The notes beneath the pieces were generated by a model, which did not search any database, was not told the DNA's origin, and saw nothing but the letters and a program-made list of their open reading frames with translations. A program made the translations under genes and the position numbers. A stretch of DNA of 51,506 bases from Candidatus Woesearchaeota archaeon (lineage in GTDB: Archaea > Nanobdellota > Nanobdellia > Woesearchaeales > JBDRGA01), in NCBI GenBank assembly GCA_043818175.1, contig JBDRGA010000056.1, positions 1 through 51,506 of the forward strand. Direction: 5' to 3'. Positions 1 to 9,744 of the stretch are shown piece after piece (position 1 is the first letter of the stretch; each line of letters opens with the position of its first letter).

Positions 1-2
1 CT

Positions 3-881
3 CAGGTTGGATGCCAGCAGGACAGTACTGGTGGATGGTTCTGTGGGTTCAGATTCTCAATTAGTATATCTCCTTCTGCAGCACAGAAACATGCTGCTGT
101 TACAAAAGGTATTTCACTTGATGTCGAAAACGGCGGAAAGTATCTCTCAGAACCTTTGGACCTTTACCTTGACGATGCACAGGTTGATTCGCTAAGAATA
201 GGTGCGGAATTGCAAGGAAGAGAGATAACAGATATCAGTATCTCTGGCTCGGGACAAGGGCCTACCCAAGAAGAAGCAAGAGATGATGCATTTCAGGGCA
301 TGAAGAAACTTCAGACAGTATTGAAGACAGGCTCTTTGCCTGTTAAGCTTGATGTCGTGAAGATGGATGCGATTTCGCCCACCCTTGGGAAGGAGTTCAC
401 GGATAACGCCATTCTTGTTGGGCTGGTCAGTATTTTGGCTGTTGGAATCGTGATTTTCATACGATATCGAAGACCAGTTGTCAGTGGTCCTATGATGATA
501 ACTATGGTTAGTGAAGCAGTTATTATACTGGGTTTCGCTTCTTCAAATTTGTTTGGTGGATGGACTCTTGACCTTGCAGCGATTGCAGGTATCATCATCG
601 CAATAGGTACGGGTGTTGACGACCAGATAATCATTGCAGACGAAACACTTTTTGGAAGAAAATCAAAGTTCAGTTCGTGGAAAGAAAAGCTCGGGAGGGC
701 TTTCTTCATAATTATGGCATCTTACTTCTGCACTGTCGTAGCTATGATTCCATTACTGTTTGCCGGCGCAGGATTGCTCAAGGGCTTTGCCTTAACTACT
801 ATCATTGGTGTTTCCGTTGGAGTCTTCGCAACACGACCAGCCTACGCGAAGATGATTGAGATATTTACGGATAAGGAATGA
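3..881 (+). CDS. secD: Protein translocase subunit SecD (5'-partial; frame open from window start)
   Basis: LKTGSLPV...ISPTLG motif, six C-terminal TM helices, IGTGVDDQIII motif; frame of ORF 156..881 has no stop back to position 3. Confidence 0.9.
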   Translation, partial: QVGCQQDSTGGWFCGFRFSISISPSAAQKHAAVTKGISLDVENGGKYLSEPLDLYLDDAQVDSLRIGAELQGREITDISISGSGQGPTQEEARDDAFQGMKKLQTVLKTGSLPVKLDVVKMDAISPTLGKEFTDNAILVGLVSILAVGIVIFIRYRRPVVSGPMMITMVSEAVIILGFASSNLFGGWTLDLAAIAGIIIAIGTGVDDQIIIADETLFGRKSKFSSWKEKLGRAFFIIMASYFCTVVAMIPLLFAGAGLLKGFALTTIIGVSVGVFATRPAYAKMIEIFTDKE

Positions 882-892
882 GACATATTAGT

Positions 893-1747
893 TTATTTTC
901 TTCTGGCTAAGTATTGAACAAAGAGGCTCTTGTCCTTCTTCTGCTCTGAAAAGTCGTAGTAGATTTTCTCCACGACAAAATCTTCGCGCAGTATCTCAAG
1001 CATGTCCTTCTGATAGATTGGGTATAAATCCAGTTTGCTCCAAACCTTGCGTTCCTTGTCATAGTAATGCAACACCACAACGGTATCGCTGATGTACGCT
1101 GGAAAGACAATAATCTTCTCTTGAAAGCCGTGATAATAAACAGAGTAATCGAATTTGAAGTTCTCGAATATCTTGTCCTTCTGCAGGTTCATTAAAGACC
1201 TTATGTAATCATAATTGCGATGGTCTATGAACAAGTAACCCCCTTTCTTGAGCAGTTGAGCGAACTTCTTAACAACAATCTGCTGTGCTTTCCTAGTATA
1301 TTCTCTCGTTCCTCCTCCTATGTATGTAAGTGAATTTCCAGTCAGGAAGCCAAAGTCGAATACATGGGTGTAAGCTGGTTCCGCACTTGGAAGGTCGAGC
1401 CAGTTCGCCTTATGAATAATAACTTGCTGCTCTTTGCTCTTGAATAATGTTGTGGCTTGACGTATGAACTCGGAATCAACTTCGTTTGCCTCGGCGCTGT
1501 CGAGCGTGTATTTCACTGCATTGAGACCTGAGATGATTCCACTGAGCTCTGTTCCGCCGCCAACTCCAAAATCTACTATGCTTCTCAACTTGTTCTTTAC
1601 AATAAGATCTGTGAAGAAGTTCTGTTCCTCTTTCTTGCATTGTCCCTTGAACTTGGGGTAAATATCCTTTTCCCAGCTCACGAATTTGAAATCGGAGAAT
1701 TCTTCTATTGGATTGCTTACGTACGGAAGCGTGTTCACGAAGGCCAT
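893..1747 (-). CDS. Class I SAM-dependent methyltransferase, glycine/sarcosine N-methyltransferase-like
   Basis: VDFGVGGG SAM motif, GNSLTY and IDHRNYDYI motifs; start moved to ATG 1747 because the longer ORF runs through the tRNA. Confidence 0.7.
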   Translation of the reverse strand: MAFVNTLPYVSNPIEEFSDFKFVSWEKDIYPKFKGQCKKEEQNFFTDLIVKNKLRSIVDFGVGGGTELSGIISGLNAVKYTLDSAEANEVDSEFIRQATTLFKSKEQQVIIHKANWLDLPSAEPAYTHVFDFGFLTGNSLTYIGGGTREYTRKAQQIVVKKFAQLLKKGGYLFIDHRNYDYIRSLMNLQKDKIFENFKFDYSVYYHGFQEKIIVFPAYISDTVVVLHYYDKERKVWSKLDLYPIYQKDMLEILREDFVVEKIYYDFSEQKKDKSLFVQYLARRK

Positions 1748-1791
1748 TGAATTGAAAGGTGCCTTTTGATACTTAAATCCTTTGAAGAATG

Positions 1792-1806
1792 TGGGCCCGG
1801 CCAGAT
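1792..1806 (-). repeat. 15-bp duplicate of the tRNA-Val 3' end (att-like)
   Basis: TGGGCCCGGCCAGAT at 1792-1806 is identical to 1883-1897. Confidence 0.85.
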
Positions 1807-1882
1807 CCAAAGTCCGGTTTCGTCCGGACCAACCGAGGTGGGTTTCCTCACTTCGTTCGTCAAGCCCACAATTCAAGAAACA

Positions 1883-1988
1883 TGGGCCCGGCCAGATTCG
1901 AACTGGCGACCTCCTCCACGTCAAGGAGACGTCATTTCCCGCGAGCAAGATTTGGAATCTTGCATGTACCGGGCTAGACCACGGGCCC
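1883..1988 (-). tRNA. tRNA-Val(GAC) with 32-nt D-loop intron (1936-1967); CCA not encoded
   Basis: Acceptor GGGCCCG/CGGGCCC-A, anticodon arm TCTCC-TTGACGT-GGAGG, T arm GCCAG-TTCGAAT-CTGGC; removing the BHB-flanked insert gives a 74-nt cloverleaf. Confidence 0.93.
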
Positions 1989-2042
1989 TTGTTGACGTGC
2001 AGAAACCGGAATCGTTTTATAAAGATGTTGCTTCCCCAGAAA

Positions 2043-2534
2043 ATGCCATACTACGACGATATAAGCGCAGGGTACGAAGAACTGCACGGTGAGGAGCAGA
2101 GAAATAAGCTTAGGATTCTCGCTGCAGAGCTGGACGTTAAGCGTGATAACAAGCTTCTTGATGTGGGAGCAGGCACGGGCATGAGCGCACAGCACTTCGA
2201 CTGCAAGTGGACTGGAATAGAGCCAAGCGCGGGCATGATTGAACACGCAACAGAGCAGATTATCCTGGGCAAGGGAGAAGAGCTTCCATTCAAGGACAAT
2301 CAATTTGATGTTGTAATCTGCGTTACTGCCTTGCATAACTTCGACAACCCTGAGAAAGGATTAAAGGAAATGATTCGCGTGGGAAAAGGAAAGTTCGGTT
2401 TCAGCTTGTTGAGGAGCGCGCACAACCACAAGGAGCTTGTTCTCATGATAAAGCATAACTTCAACGTCCTGAAGCATATCGAGGAAGAGAAAGACGATAT
2501 ATTCATCTGTTCAAGGCCAGGAACGCAAAGTTGA
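2043..2534 (+). CDS. Class I SAM-dependent methyltransferase (Methyltransf_11-like)
   Basis: LLDVGAGTG, IEPS, ELPFKDNQFDVV motifs; start trimmed to ATG 2043 so it does not overlap the tRNA. Confidence 0.85.
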   Translation: MPYYDDISAGYEELHGEEQRNKLRILAAELDVKRDNKLLDVGAGTGMSAQHFDCKWTGIEPSAGMIEHATEQIILGKGEELPFKDNQFDVVICVTALHNFDNPEKGLKEMIRVGKGKFGFSLLRSAHNHKELVLMIKHNFNVLKHIEEEKDDIFICSRPGTQS

Positions 2535-2846
2535 GCAAAGTGCATCGACAACGTTCTCGAATAAGCGATCATTCACTCTACCCCTTCGCACCAGAACAAT
2601 TGAACGGTCTGCGGTAAACATCTTCAATGGCTTGACAACGCAAGGGACAGGCAATCTTCCATCCTTAAAATCTTCAGAAAGAAGCGGCACGAACACGTCG
2701 CGTGGATGTACTGTGGTTGTTATGGCGCAAACCAATATATCGTAAGGAAGCACTGCAAGCACTAGCGCGGGCCTTCTTTTCTTGCCTGCCAGATTGGTAA
2801 ATGGAAATTCGAGGATTACAACATCTCCTTTTACAAGTCCTTCCAC
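2511..2846 (-). CDS. PemK/MazF family toxin
   Basis: KGDVVILEFPFTNLAGKKRRPALVL signature. Confidence 0.88.
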   Translation of the reverse strand: MEGLVKGDVVILEFPFTNLAGKKRRPALVLAVLPYDILVCAITTTVHPRDVFVPLLSEDFKDGRLPVPCVVKPLKMFTADRSIVLVRRGRVNDRLFENVVDALCSTLRSWP

Positions 2847-3088
2847 GCTGCCTCATCCTCGGGGCTGAGCCAGTCGCGTGCTAGAGATTTTTCGCTCATC
2901 AGGGCAGGATACATTTTCTCGAACTCGTCCTCGCTCATGATGATAAGGCGATGAGGATAACTTAATATGACTGCCTGCCTGTTTTTTGAAAACCCTCCGG
3001 ATTCCCTTGCTTTTTTCGGAATGGCAACCTGCCATTTATCTGTAATCGTTACAGTCTTTATGTCCAGCAGGCGTGATTTCTTATTCAT
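2831..3088 (-). CDS. AbrB/MazE-type antitoxin
   Basis: TITDKWQVAIPKKAR swapped-hairpin motif; overlaps the toxin start; C-terminal WLSPEDEAAW. Confidence 0.8.
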   Translation of the reverse strand: MNKKSRLLDIKTVTITDKWQVAIPKKARESGGFSKNRQAVILSYPHRLIIMSEDEFEKMYPALMSEKSLARDWLSPEDEAAWKDL

Positions 3089-3164
3089 AAGATTAGTAAG
3101 AATCAGTTCAATATAAGTGTTTCGGCCAATAGGTTTATGAATAAAAGCATGCCGTAGAACTGAC

Positions 3165-4271
3165 ATGAAAGTAACGCCCTGGGAAGTTACGGGAAAGATT
3201 GACTACCAGAAGCTCATCAACGAGTTCGGCGTGTCCGAGATAGATTCTGCTTTATTGAAAAGAATAGAAAAGAATGCGCCCTTGCATCACATGCTGCGCA
3301 GGAAGGTTTTCTTCGCACATAGGGATTTGAAGTTCGTTCTTGACGAGTACGACAAGGGTAACAAGTTCTTCCTTTACACCGGAAGAGCTCCCTCGGGAGG
3401 CATTCATCTTGGACACATAGTACCTTGGATGTTCACGAAATGGTTGCAGGACACTTTTGATGTTGAGTTGTGGTTCCAGTTTCCAGACGAAGAAAAGTTC
3501 CTGTTCAAGAAGAACTTAACGTTGGATGATACGGCGAAATTCACGTACGATAACATGCTTGACGTGATAGCTCTTGGCTTTGACCCGAAGAAAACGCATT
3601 TCCTGATAGACACGAAACACGCCAACCTTATGTATCCAGAAGCATTAAAAGTGGCCAAACTGATAACATTTAGCACGGCCAAGGCAGCTTTTGGATTCAC
3701 GAATGAGCAGAACATAGGTGCGATTTTCTACACGAGCATGCAAGCTGTACCTGCATTTCTCCCAAACGTCATAAGACATGAGCACCGGCCGTGCCTTATT
3801 CCCCATGCGATTGACCAGGACCCACATTTCAGAGTTTCAAGAGATGTTATTCCAAAGCTCGGGTTCTATAAGCCTGCTTCAATTCAATGCGTTTTCCTTC
3901 CTCCATTAACGGGTCCAGGTAAAATGAGCACCTCTGAAGGCGTACACGCCACAATATTCACGACTGACGACCCAAAAACTGTTAAGAACAAAATCAACAA
4001 GTACGCATTCTCAGGAGGAAAAGATACTATTGACGAACACAGAAAGCATGGCGGTAATCCAGACATTGACGTTTCGTACCAATGGCTTACTTTCTTCGAG
4101 CCAGATGATACAAAATTGAAGAAGATTCATGATGATTACAAATCAGGAAAGTTGTTGAGTGGCGAGCTGAAAGCTATCCTGATTGAAACGTTGAACAAAT
4201 TCCTTGCAGAGCATCAAAAGAAAAGGGAAGAAGCAAAGAAAAATATTGACAAGTTTATTTATTCTGGTTGA
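3165..4271 (+). CDS. trpS: Tryptophan--tRNA ligase (archaeal type)
   Basis: VTPWEV start, YTGRAPS..HLGH, IDQDPHFR, KMSTS. Confidence 0.96.
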   Translation: MKVTPWEVTGKIDYQKLINEFGVSEIDSALLKRIEKNAPLHHMLRRKVFFAHRDLKFVLDEYDKGNKFFLYTGRAPSGGIHLGHIVPWMFTKWLQDTFDVELWFQFPDEEKFLFKKNLTLDDTAKFTYDNMLDVIALGFDPKKTHFLIDTKHANLMYPEALKVAKLITFSTAKAAFGFTNEQNIGAIFYTSMQAVPAFLPNVIRHEHRPCLIPHAIDQDPHFRVSRDVIPKLGFYKPASIQCVFLPPLTGPGKMSTSEGVHATIFTTDDPKTVKNKINKYAFSGGKDTIDEHRKHGGNPDIDVSYQWLTFFEPDDTKLKKIHDDYKSGKLLSGELKAILIETLNKFLAEHQKKREEAKKNIDKFIYSG

Positions 4272-5193
4272 AATATTCATAAGCTGTTTTAATGCCGTCT
4301 TCAAATTTCGTCTTTGGTTCCCAACTCAATAACATTCGCGCCTTGGTGAAATCGGCAAGTGCATCTTTAGGTTCTAGTCTTGCCCGAGCATTCACTGTTT
4401 CTCCTTTTCCCACAAGTCTTCTTATGACTTCAACTACATAGTTCACGCTTTTGTTGTCACCTGCGCCAACATTAAATGTCTGACCAAACACTTCCTTGTT
4501 TGTCGTGGTGGCTGCACAAATATTAGCGCGAACCACATCGCCTACAAACGTAAAATCCCTAGTATTCTCGCCGGTGCCGTAAATCATGACTTTCTCGTCG
4601 TTTATGAAATTGTAGAGCACTTTTCCTGGCAATAGTGCATATGCGCCCATAGGATCCATGTTCTTCCCGTAAACATTAAAATAGCGAAGCGAAACTGTTT
4701 CAGTTCCATAAAGAAAATTGAATAAGTTACAGTATCCCTCGCCCACATGTTTATGAAATGCATACGGACTCAACGGATTTGCTTCCATTGTTTCCACATA
4801 TGGCAATTTTTCCTGATCACCATATATGCTTCCTGAGCTACTAAATACAAACCTTGGTACACCATATATCCTACAAGCATCTAAGACATTCAGTGTTCCA
4901 TTAACGTTAATATTATGCGTTTCGACTGGATTCTCAATGCTGTATTGGACTCTGGGCCGTGCGGCTAAGTGAAAGACCACATCGAAGTTCTCAGTTGAAA
5001 ATAGTTTGTTAAGATTACCACAAACATCCAATTGAACAAACCTGAAAGAGGGATTCTCACTGCACAAGTCAAGGTTGTCCAGCCTGCCAGCGCTCAGGTC
5101 GTCAATTGCGACCACGTAATTTCCCTGTTTGAGTAATTCCTCACATAGGTTACTGCCAATGAAACCCGCGCCTCCAGTTACTAAGCATTTCAT
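4255..5193 (-). CDS. NAD-dependent nucleotide-sugar epimerase/dehydratase
   Basis: TGGAGFIGS, YAFHK (YxxxK), LRYFNVYG, TRDFTFV. Confidence 0.9.
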   Translation of the reverse strand: MKCLVTGGAGFIGSNLCEELLKQGNYVVAIDDLSAGRLDNLDLCSENPSFRFVQLDVCGNLNKLFSTENFDVVFHLAARPRVQYSIENPVETHNINVNGTLNVLDACRIYGVPRFVFSSSGSIYGDQEKLPYVETMEANPLSPYAFHKHVGEGYCNLFNFLYGTETVSLRYFNVYGKNMDPMGAYALLPGKVLYNFINDEKVMIYGTGENTRDFTFVGDVVRANICAATTTNKEVFGQTFNVGAGDNKSVNYVVEVIRRLVGKGETVNARARLEPKDALADFTKARMLLSWEPKTKFEDGIKTAYEYFNQNK

Positions 5194-5245
5194 GTTTTCT
5201 CTAAGGGTATGCAGTTCTTAAGCATTGTGCATGACAAACACACTT

Positions 5246-5830
5246 TCAAGAATTCAAGCCAATATCAACCACGCGGACATGGTTCATGAACTGTACGATT
5301 CCAGGCTTCGTATCATGAAACGTGAGTATAATATCTGAATGAAAATAAAGGTCGTGGTCACCATTGTCTGGATCAATTCCTGTTGGTACGTCCAACGCCA
5401 CTTTGAAAGCCTTACTCTGGTTCCATGCTCTTGCCAGCGTTTTCAATGGTTCTTTCAGAAGCCCTTTCGTGCCTGTTCCCAGCAATGCATCAATTATGAC
5501 ATTGTATTCGGAGAAGTCTGCCCCCTTAACGAATGAATTCTTATCAAGTCTGTCATGATTAGCTAGTGCGGCTCCCGTGAGTTTTTTACTGTCTCCAACG
5601 AACCACACGTGTGTTTCACAGTACTCCTGAAGATAACGCGTCATCACAAAACCGTCACCTCCATTATTACCGTGATACGCAAGAACAAGTATCTTTTTTC
5701 CGACAAGATCCTGTTCGTGAGCAAGTGTTTCTGCAGCTCCTTTTCCTGCATTTTCCATGAGTTGTAGTGTGGTTATTCCCCCGGATTCAGCATCCAGTTC
5801 AAGCTTCCGCATCTCATCTGCAGTAATCAC
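5246..5830 (-). CDS. nnrE: NAD(P)H-hydrate epimerase (YjeF N-terminal domain)
   Basis: LMENAG, GNNGGDG, DALLGTG, ALDVPTG motifs. Confidence 0.9.
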   Translation of the reverse strand: MITADEMRKLELDAESGGITTLQLMENAGKGAAETLAHEQDLVGKKILVLAYHGNNGGDGFVMTRYLQEYCETHVWFVGDSKKLTGAALANHDRLDKNSFVKGADFSEYNVIIDALLGTGTKGLLKEPLKTLARAWNQSKAFKVALDVPTGIDPDNGDHDLYFHSDIILTFHDTKPGIVQFMNHVRVVDIGLNS

Positions 5831-5898
5831 GGGATAATGTAATCAAGTTGTGTTTAAATATTTTCAGTACGCATCGAAGATTCGTCATCTGACAAGAA

Positions 5899-6147
5899 TC
5901 ATTCATCCAATATTTCAATCCTGATCGCACCCACAGGACACATGTCTGCTGCTTCCTGATTCTTTTTTAGCTCATCATCTCTAATAATGAGTTCCCATTG
6001 CTGGTCGTCTTCGTTAAAGGTTGCACCGCGTAGCTTAACCTTTCCTTCTTCGTCCTTTATCCAGTAGCCCGGCTCTGCAAGAACACAGGCAAGACTGCCA
6101 ATACATGTTTCCCTATCAAAGATAATCTTGTACCGTCCCATGCTCAT
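5899..6147 (-). CDS. Ferredoxin, probably [3Fe-4S] type
   Basis: CIGSLAC...AADMCPVGAI; the second cluster Cys is replaced by Ser. Confidence 0.8.
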   Translation of the reverse strand: MSMGRYKIIFDRETCIGSLACVLAEPGYWIKDEEGKVKLRGATFNEDDQQWELIIRDDELKKNQEAADMCPVGAIRIEILDE

Positions 6148-6200
6148 TCTGGAAGCGACTTAATTAAAACTGTTTCGGTGTCACCGGACAGGAACATTGC

Positions 6201-7403
6201 CTATTCGTTCCGCATAACCAAATCTGCTTCATCCAGAATCCTTTGTTCGTAAGCAGAGCTCTTTTCGCCTTCATCCTTTTCCTGACCCAAGGTGCGCATT
6301 AATTGCTGCGCTTTTTCGGTTTCACTGAATGAAACCTTAATCTGGCCAGCATGTTCTTTCAGGATTTTTCGTTCGATTTCTTCTGCAGAAGCCAGCGTAA
6401 CTTTTATCTCTTCGAGTTCCTCGCTAGTTAACTTGGATGTGTTTCTGAGTACGTGATGTGCTTTCTTTTTCATCGCGTTCTCTGTTATTGCAGAAAAGTC
6501 AATATCTGCAGGTTTGCCGTTGACAAGTCTTCCCTCGACCCTGATAAGAACTATGGCGTCTGTAAGTTCTTGAGAGTCCAGCCATGATTCCATTTCCCTG
6601 TTGACCAGAGAAGGCGTCTTTCCGTCTGCGTCGAACTTTTTCATCTTTATTGGTTTGAGTTCAACAGGAACAAGTTTTCCTTTCCAATTTTCAACAATCA
6701 TGAAGCTTCCGTATTGCAGTTTTTCTAGCTCTGCAAAATTGCATGGAAATATAGGTCCAGGGTATACAACATTTTTGTACCCTTCAATGTCAACTGTTTT
6801 TCGTATGTGAACATGTCCCCCTGCATAGTAGTTGAATCCTTTGGGCATGAACGTTACGGAGTAAGAGTCCATCTCTTCGAGATCTTTTGGTTTCAATTCC
6901 GTTATGGATGTGTGGAAAAGGAATATTTTTTCTCCTGGTTCTTTCTCCAATGATTCCTGGTCCAAAGCTTCGTAATAATGCCTATCGAGCATGCCTTTCT
7001 TTCCCAACAAACCTGTTATCTTCACGCCAGTTTTCTTATCCACTGTGAATTTGAGTTTTAATTTGTCACCCTCAACCCCTCCTCTTGTGACGTTGATTGC
7101 AAGGCCTGCTTCTTCAAGCACGTCAAGCATTGTCTTTCCTGAAGGAGAGAAATCGTGGCTTCCTGCAACGTAATAAACAGGTATTGTTGCGTCCTTGAGA
7201 CGGTTTAGCTGTCTCACCACTTCCTTTACCTGGTCGATTAAAGGCAAGGCAGTGTTGAACAAATCGCCGCTGATGAGCAAAAAGTCAACTTTCTCTTTGA
7301 GAATCATATCAACTGACTTAATGAAAGCCTTCAAGTTAAGGTCTTTCATCTGTGGGTCTCTCCACGCACCAATGTGCACGTCACTCATGTGGGCGAATTT
7401 CAT
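6201..7403 (-). CDS. mre11: Mre11/SbcD DNA repair nuclease
   Basis: SDVHIG, SGDLF, GSHD, FH, GHVH phosphoesterase motifs; near herA. Confidence 0.88.
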   Translation of the reverse strand: MKFAHMSDVHIGAWRDPQMKDLNLKAFIKSVDMILKEKVDFLLISGDLFNTALPLIDQVKEVVRQLNRLKDATIPVYYVAGSHDFSPSGKTMLDVLEEAGLAINVTRGGVEGDKLKLKFTVDKKTGVKITGLLGKKGMLDRHYYEALDQESLEKEPGEKIFLFHTSITELKPKDLEEMDSYSVTFMPKGFNYYAGGHVHIRKTVDIEGYKNVVYPGPIFPCNFAELEKLQYGSFMIVENWKGKLVPVELKPIKMKKFDADGKTPSLVNREMESWLDSQELTDAIVLIRVEGRLVNGKPADIDFSAITENAMKKKAHHVLRNTSKLTSEELEEIKVTLASAEEIERKILKEHAGQIKVSFSETEKAQQLMRTLGQEKDEGEKSSAYEQRILDEADLVMRNE

Positions 7404-7440
7404 GTTAAGGGAATTCTGTTCCTATTCTTGAGCGTTGCGG

Positions 7441-7848
7441 TTATGGAACTAGCAATCTGATGACATCGTGCGTAGTGATGACTTGGAGCGTCTTTATATT
7501 GCTTAAAGCCTTGTCATTCGACCACAATGGACATTTCAGTTTCATGGCCAATGCGATGAATTCTGCATCGTCTTTGTCTGGAGATATCTTTAGAGCCACA
7601 GCCATTTTATCCGAATATTCCTTGTTAGGAACAAATGGAATAACCATCTTCATATCGTCGAGAAGTGCATCAAAGAGTTTCGAGGTTATCCTTGCTTTCT
7701 TCATCACGTGTTTCTTGTATTTGAGCAGTTCTTGCAGTGCTTTTTGGCTGGTGAAGAACATCAATTCTTTGTTTTGCATTATCTCCCTGACTGCCGAGCC
7801 TTCCCAGAAGTACGTAATCAGTACATTGGTGTCAAGAACAATTCTCAT
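7441..7848 (-). CDS. PIN-domain toxin
   Basis: IVLDTNV...PDKDDAEFIALA...LWSNDK. Confidence 0.87.
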   Translation of the reverse strand: MRIVLDTNVLITYFWEGSAVREIMQNKELMFFTSQKALQELLKYKKHVMKKARITSKLFDALLDDMKMVIPFVPNKEYSDKMAVALKISPDKDDAEFIALAMKLKCPLWSNDKALSNIKTLQVITTHDVIRLLVP

Positions 7849-8069
7849 GCCTTCTTTCTGCTTCCCCTTCTTCCTTTCCGAACCAGATCTGAAGCCCAGG
7901 AAGTAATCTCCTGCTCTTCATCAGCCTTCTTGAGAATGGAATCCCGCCACGCCAGGTCATTGGTCTTCTGGACTATGCATTTTCGTATGAAGCCTGACCA
8001 GTTGACTTCGTCGTACTTTGCCATCGTGGTGCGTATATCATCAGGTATTGCCAGAGTCACGGTTGCCAT
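7845..8069 (-). CDS. Ribbon-helix-helix antitoxin
   Basis: MATVTLAIPDD...VNWSGFIRKCI; ATGA-coupled to the PIN gene. Confidence 0.75.
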   Translation of the reverse strand: MATVTLAIPDDIRTTMAKYDEVNWSGFIRKCIVQKTNDLAWRDSILKKADEEQEITSWASDLVRKGRRGSRKKA

Positions 8070-8070
8070 G

Positions 8071-8092
8071 TTTACACAGAATTATGTGTAAA
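8071..8092. promoter_or_regulatory. Palindromic operator of the RHH-PIN TA module
   Basis: TTTACACA-N6-TGTGTAAA between the start codon and the TATA (TTTAAATA). Confidence 0.65.
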
Positions 8093-8202
8093 TATTTAAA
8101 GTTTTTGGGGAGATGTTGTTTTGAGTATTAATTTATCACAATGTAGAAGAAAAGTGCGCTAACAGTAAAATGGAATTATCTTGTATGTTGTTGTCCAATT
8201 AA

Positions 8203-9714
8203 TCAGTCTTTAACTCCTGAAAAGCTCCTCGCCTGCCTTTCCTTAACTACTGCCACTTCCTTGTCAAAGAACGGTATTGCAAGAGGTATTGCAAACCTAG
8301 CAAATGTGCTTGTAACAATTGCTTCTCCTTTGTCCAGTGAAGCTATTGCTCTGCCGTCATTGCTCAAGTCCTGTGAAGCAGATTCGATTATTGCCTGGCG
8401 TTCACTTCCCATTTCCGTGCCAAGAATTATTTTAGTGTTCATATTCGCGAGAACTTCTCTTGGAATCAAAGAAGGCATTTGAGTTATCGCAACAAGTCCT
8501 ACTTTGAACTTTCTTCCTTCGCGTGCAATCGTGGAAAAAATGTTAGGGCCTGCTTCAAGAACTTGCTTTCCAAGAACACGAGGTGCCTCTTCCAAAACAA
8601 TGCTGACAACCGGCATCGTTCCAAGCAGTCCTTTGAATGCAGCGCTTCTATGCCGTTTGAAGATTTCTGAAGTGATTAGACTTCCAACAAGAAGTTCTGC
8701 ATGCCCCGAAAAACTGGAAGTGTCAATGATAACTGTCTTTCCTTTTTGCAATGCATTCGCAATATCGGTTATCGTGGTTTCGCCCGCTTCCCATGAGAAT
8801 ATGCCCTCACATGTTAGTTGGCCATTTCTGTCTGTAATGTCAAGCAGCTGGAAGAGTCTTCTTTTAACGACACCCAAAGAAACTTCCTGGAATCCTTCTG
8901 GGGGTTTGTCATCAAGTAGAACTGCATGTATCCAATCTTCTTTTTCTTTTCTATAATATGCGTGCATTGCCTGAGCTTGCGCTGGTGAAAAATCGAGAAA
9001 ATCAAGATGTTCTGGTCTTATTTGTTTTATGTTGAATACAAGTGTGTTTTGGCCTGGTGGTGGGTTTCTCGGCGTGTAATACACCACGCTATTTTCGTGG
9101 TCCTTTAATCCTATTGTACTCCTGCCATAATATTCATCATGAGGGTCAAGAACAAGTATCGCACAGTTTTGCAACGATGCTGCATGCCACAATAAGTTCT
9201 TCATGAGAACACTCTTTCCCTTTCCTGTGGTTCCTGATATTAAGATATGATGGCTGAACACTTTTTCCGCGTCCAACGTAATTTGCACATCCAGTTTTTT
9301 GCTTCCTGAACGAAGAACTCCCAAATCTAAGGGGTTCTTTGTCTGTGAGAGGAATTTCAGGTCTTCTTTTGTTATTGCTCTCAAACCTGTGAAGAATGGA
9401 GGGAGTGCTTTTGCGGTCTTTGCATCACTTCCATTGATTTGCAGTATAGCTTTGCAGCTCGCAAGAACATAATTTCTTAATTCAGGTTCGAGGAGTTCAT
9501 CATGAATATTATGCTCCAATCTCATTCCTGAAATGAGTTCAAGGTTCTGTTGGCTTATTTGGGAAGCATACTTTAAGTCATATACTTGGAACAGTATCTT
9601 GCCGTTTACGGTTTCAGCAATAAGAAGCTCTCCCAGTTCGAGTTCTGCGCCGTGCTTCTGCCTGCATAGTATTTCTGCATAATTGCCTGAGATTACCTGC
9701 GCTTTAACGTCCAT
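8203..9714 (-). CDS. herA: HerA-family helicase/ATPase
   Basis: N-terminal HAS-barrel-like region, [35 protein letters not shown] motifs. Confidence 0.88.
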   Translation of the reverse strand: MDVKAQVISGNYAEILCRQKHGAELELGELLIAETVNGKILFQVYDLKYASQISQQNLELISGMRLEHNIHDELLEPELRNYVLASCKAILQINGSDAKTAKALPPFFTGLRAITKEDLKFLSQTKNPLDLGVLRSGSKKLDVQITLDAEKVFSHHILISGTTGKGKSVLMKNLLWHAASLQNCAILVLDPHDEYYGRSTIGLKDHENSVVYYTPRNPPPGQNTLVFNIKQIRPEHLDFLDFSPAQAQAMHAYYRKEKEDWIHAVLLDDKPPEGFQEVSLGVVKRRLFQLLDITDRNGQLTCEGIFSWEAGETTITDIANALQKGKTVIIDTSSFSGHAELLVGSLITSEIFKRHRSAAFKGLLGTMPVVSIVLEEAPRVLGKQVLEAGPNIFSTIAREGRKFKVGLVAITQMPSLIPREVLANMNTKIILGTEMGSERQAIIESASQDLSNDGRAIASLDKGEAIVTSTFARFAIPLAIPFFDKEVAVVKERQARSFSGVKD

Positions 9715-9744
9715 GAGAAAAGCAATCTGCAGTCTCTAATAAAC

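Noticed and set aside
1807-1882. Hammerhead-like words (CTTGACGA...GAAAC) on the minus strand
   Set aside because: The core is not CUGANGA, and the flanks pair with each other rather than forming stems I and III
1748-2042. N-terminal extensions of ORFs 893..1948 and 1782..2534, and small ORFs here
   Set aside because: They run across the tRNA gene and its repeat; downstream ATGs give complete domains
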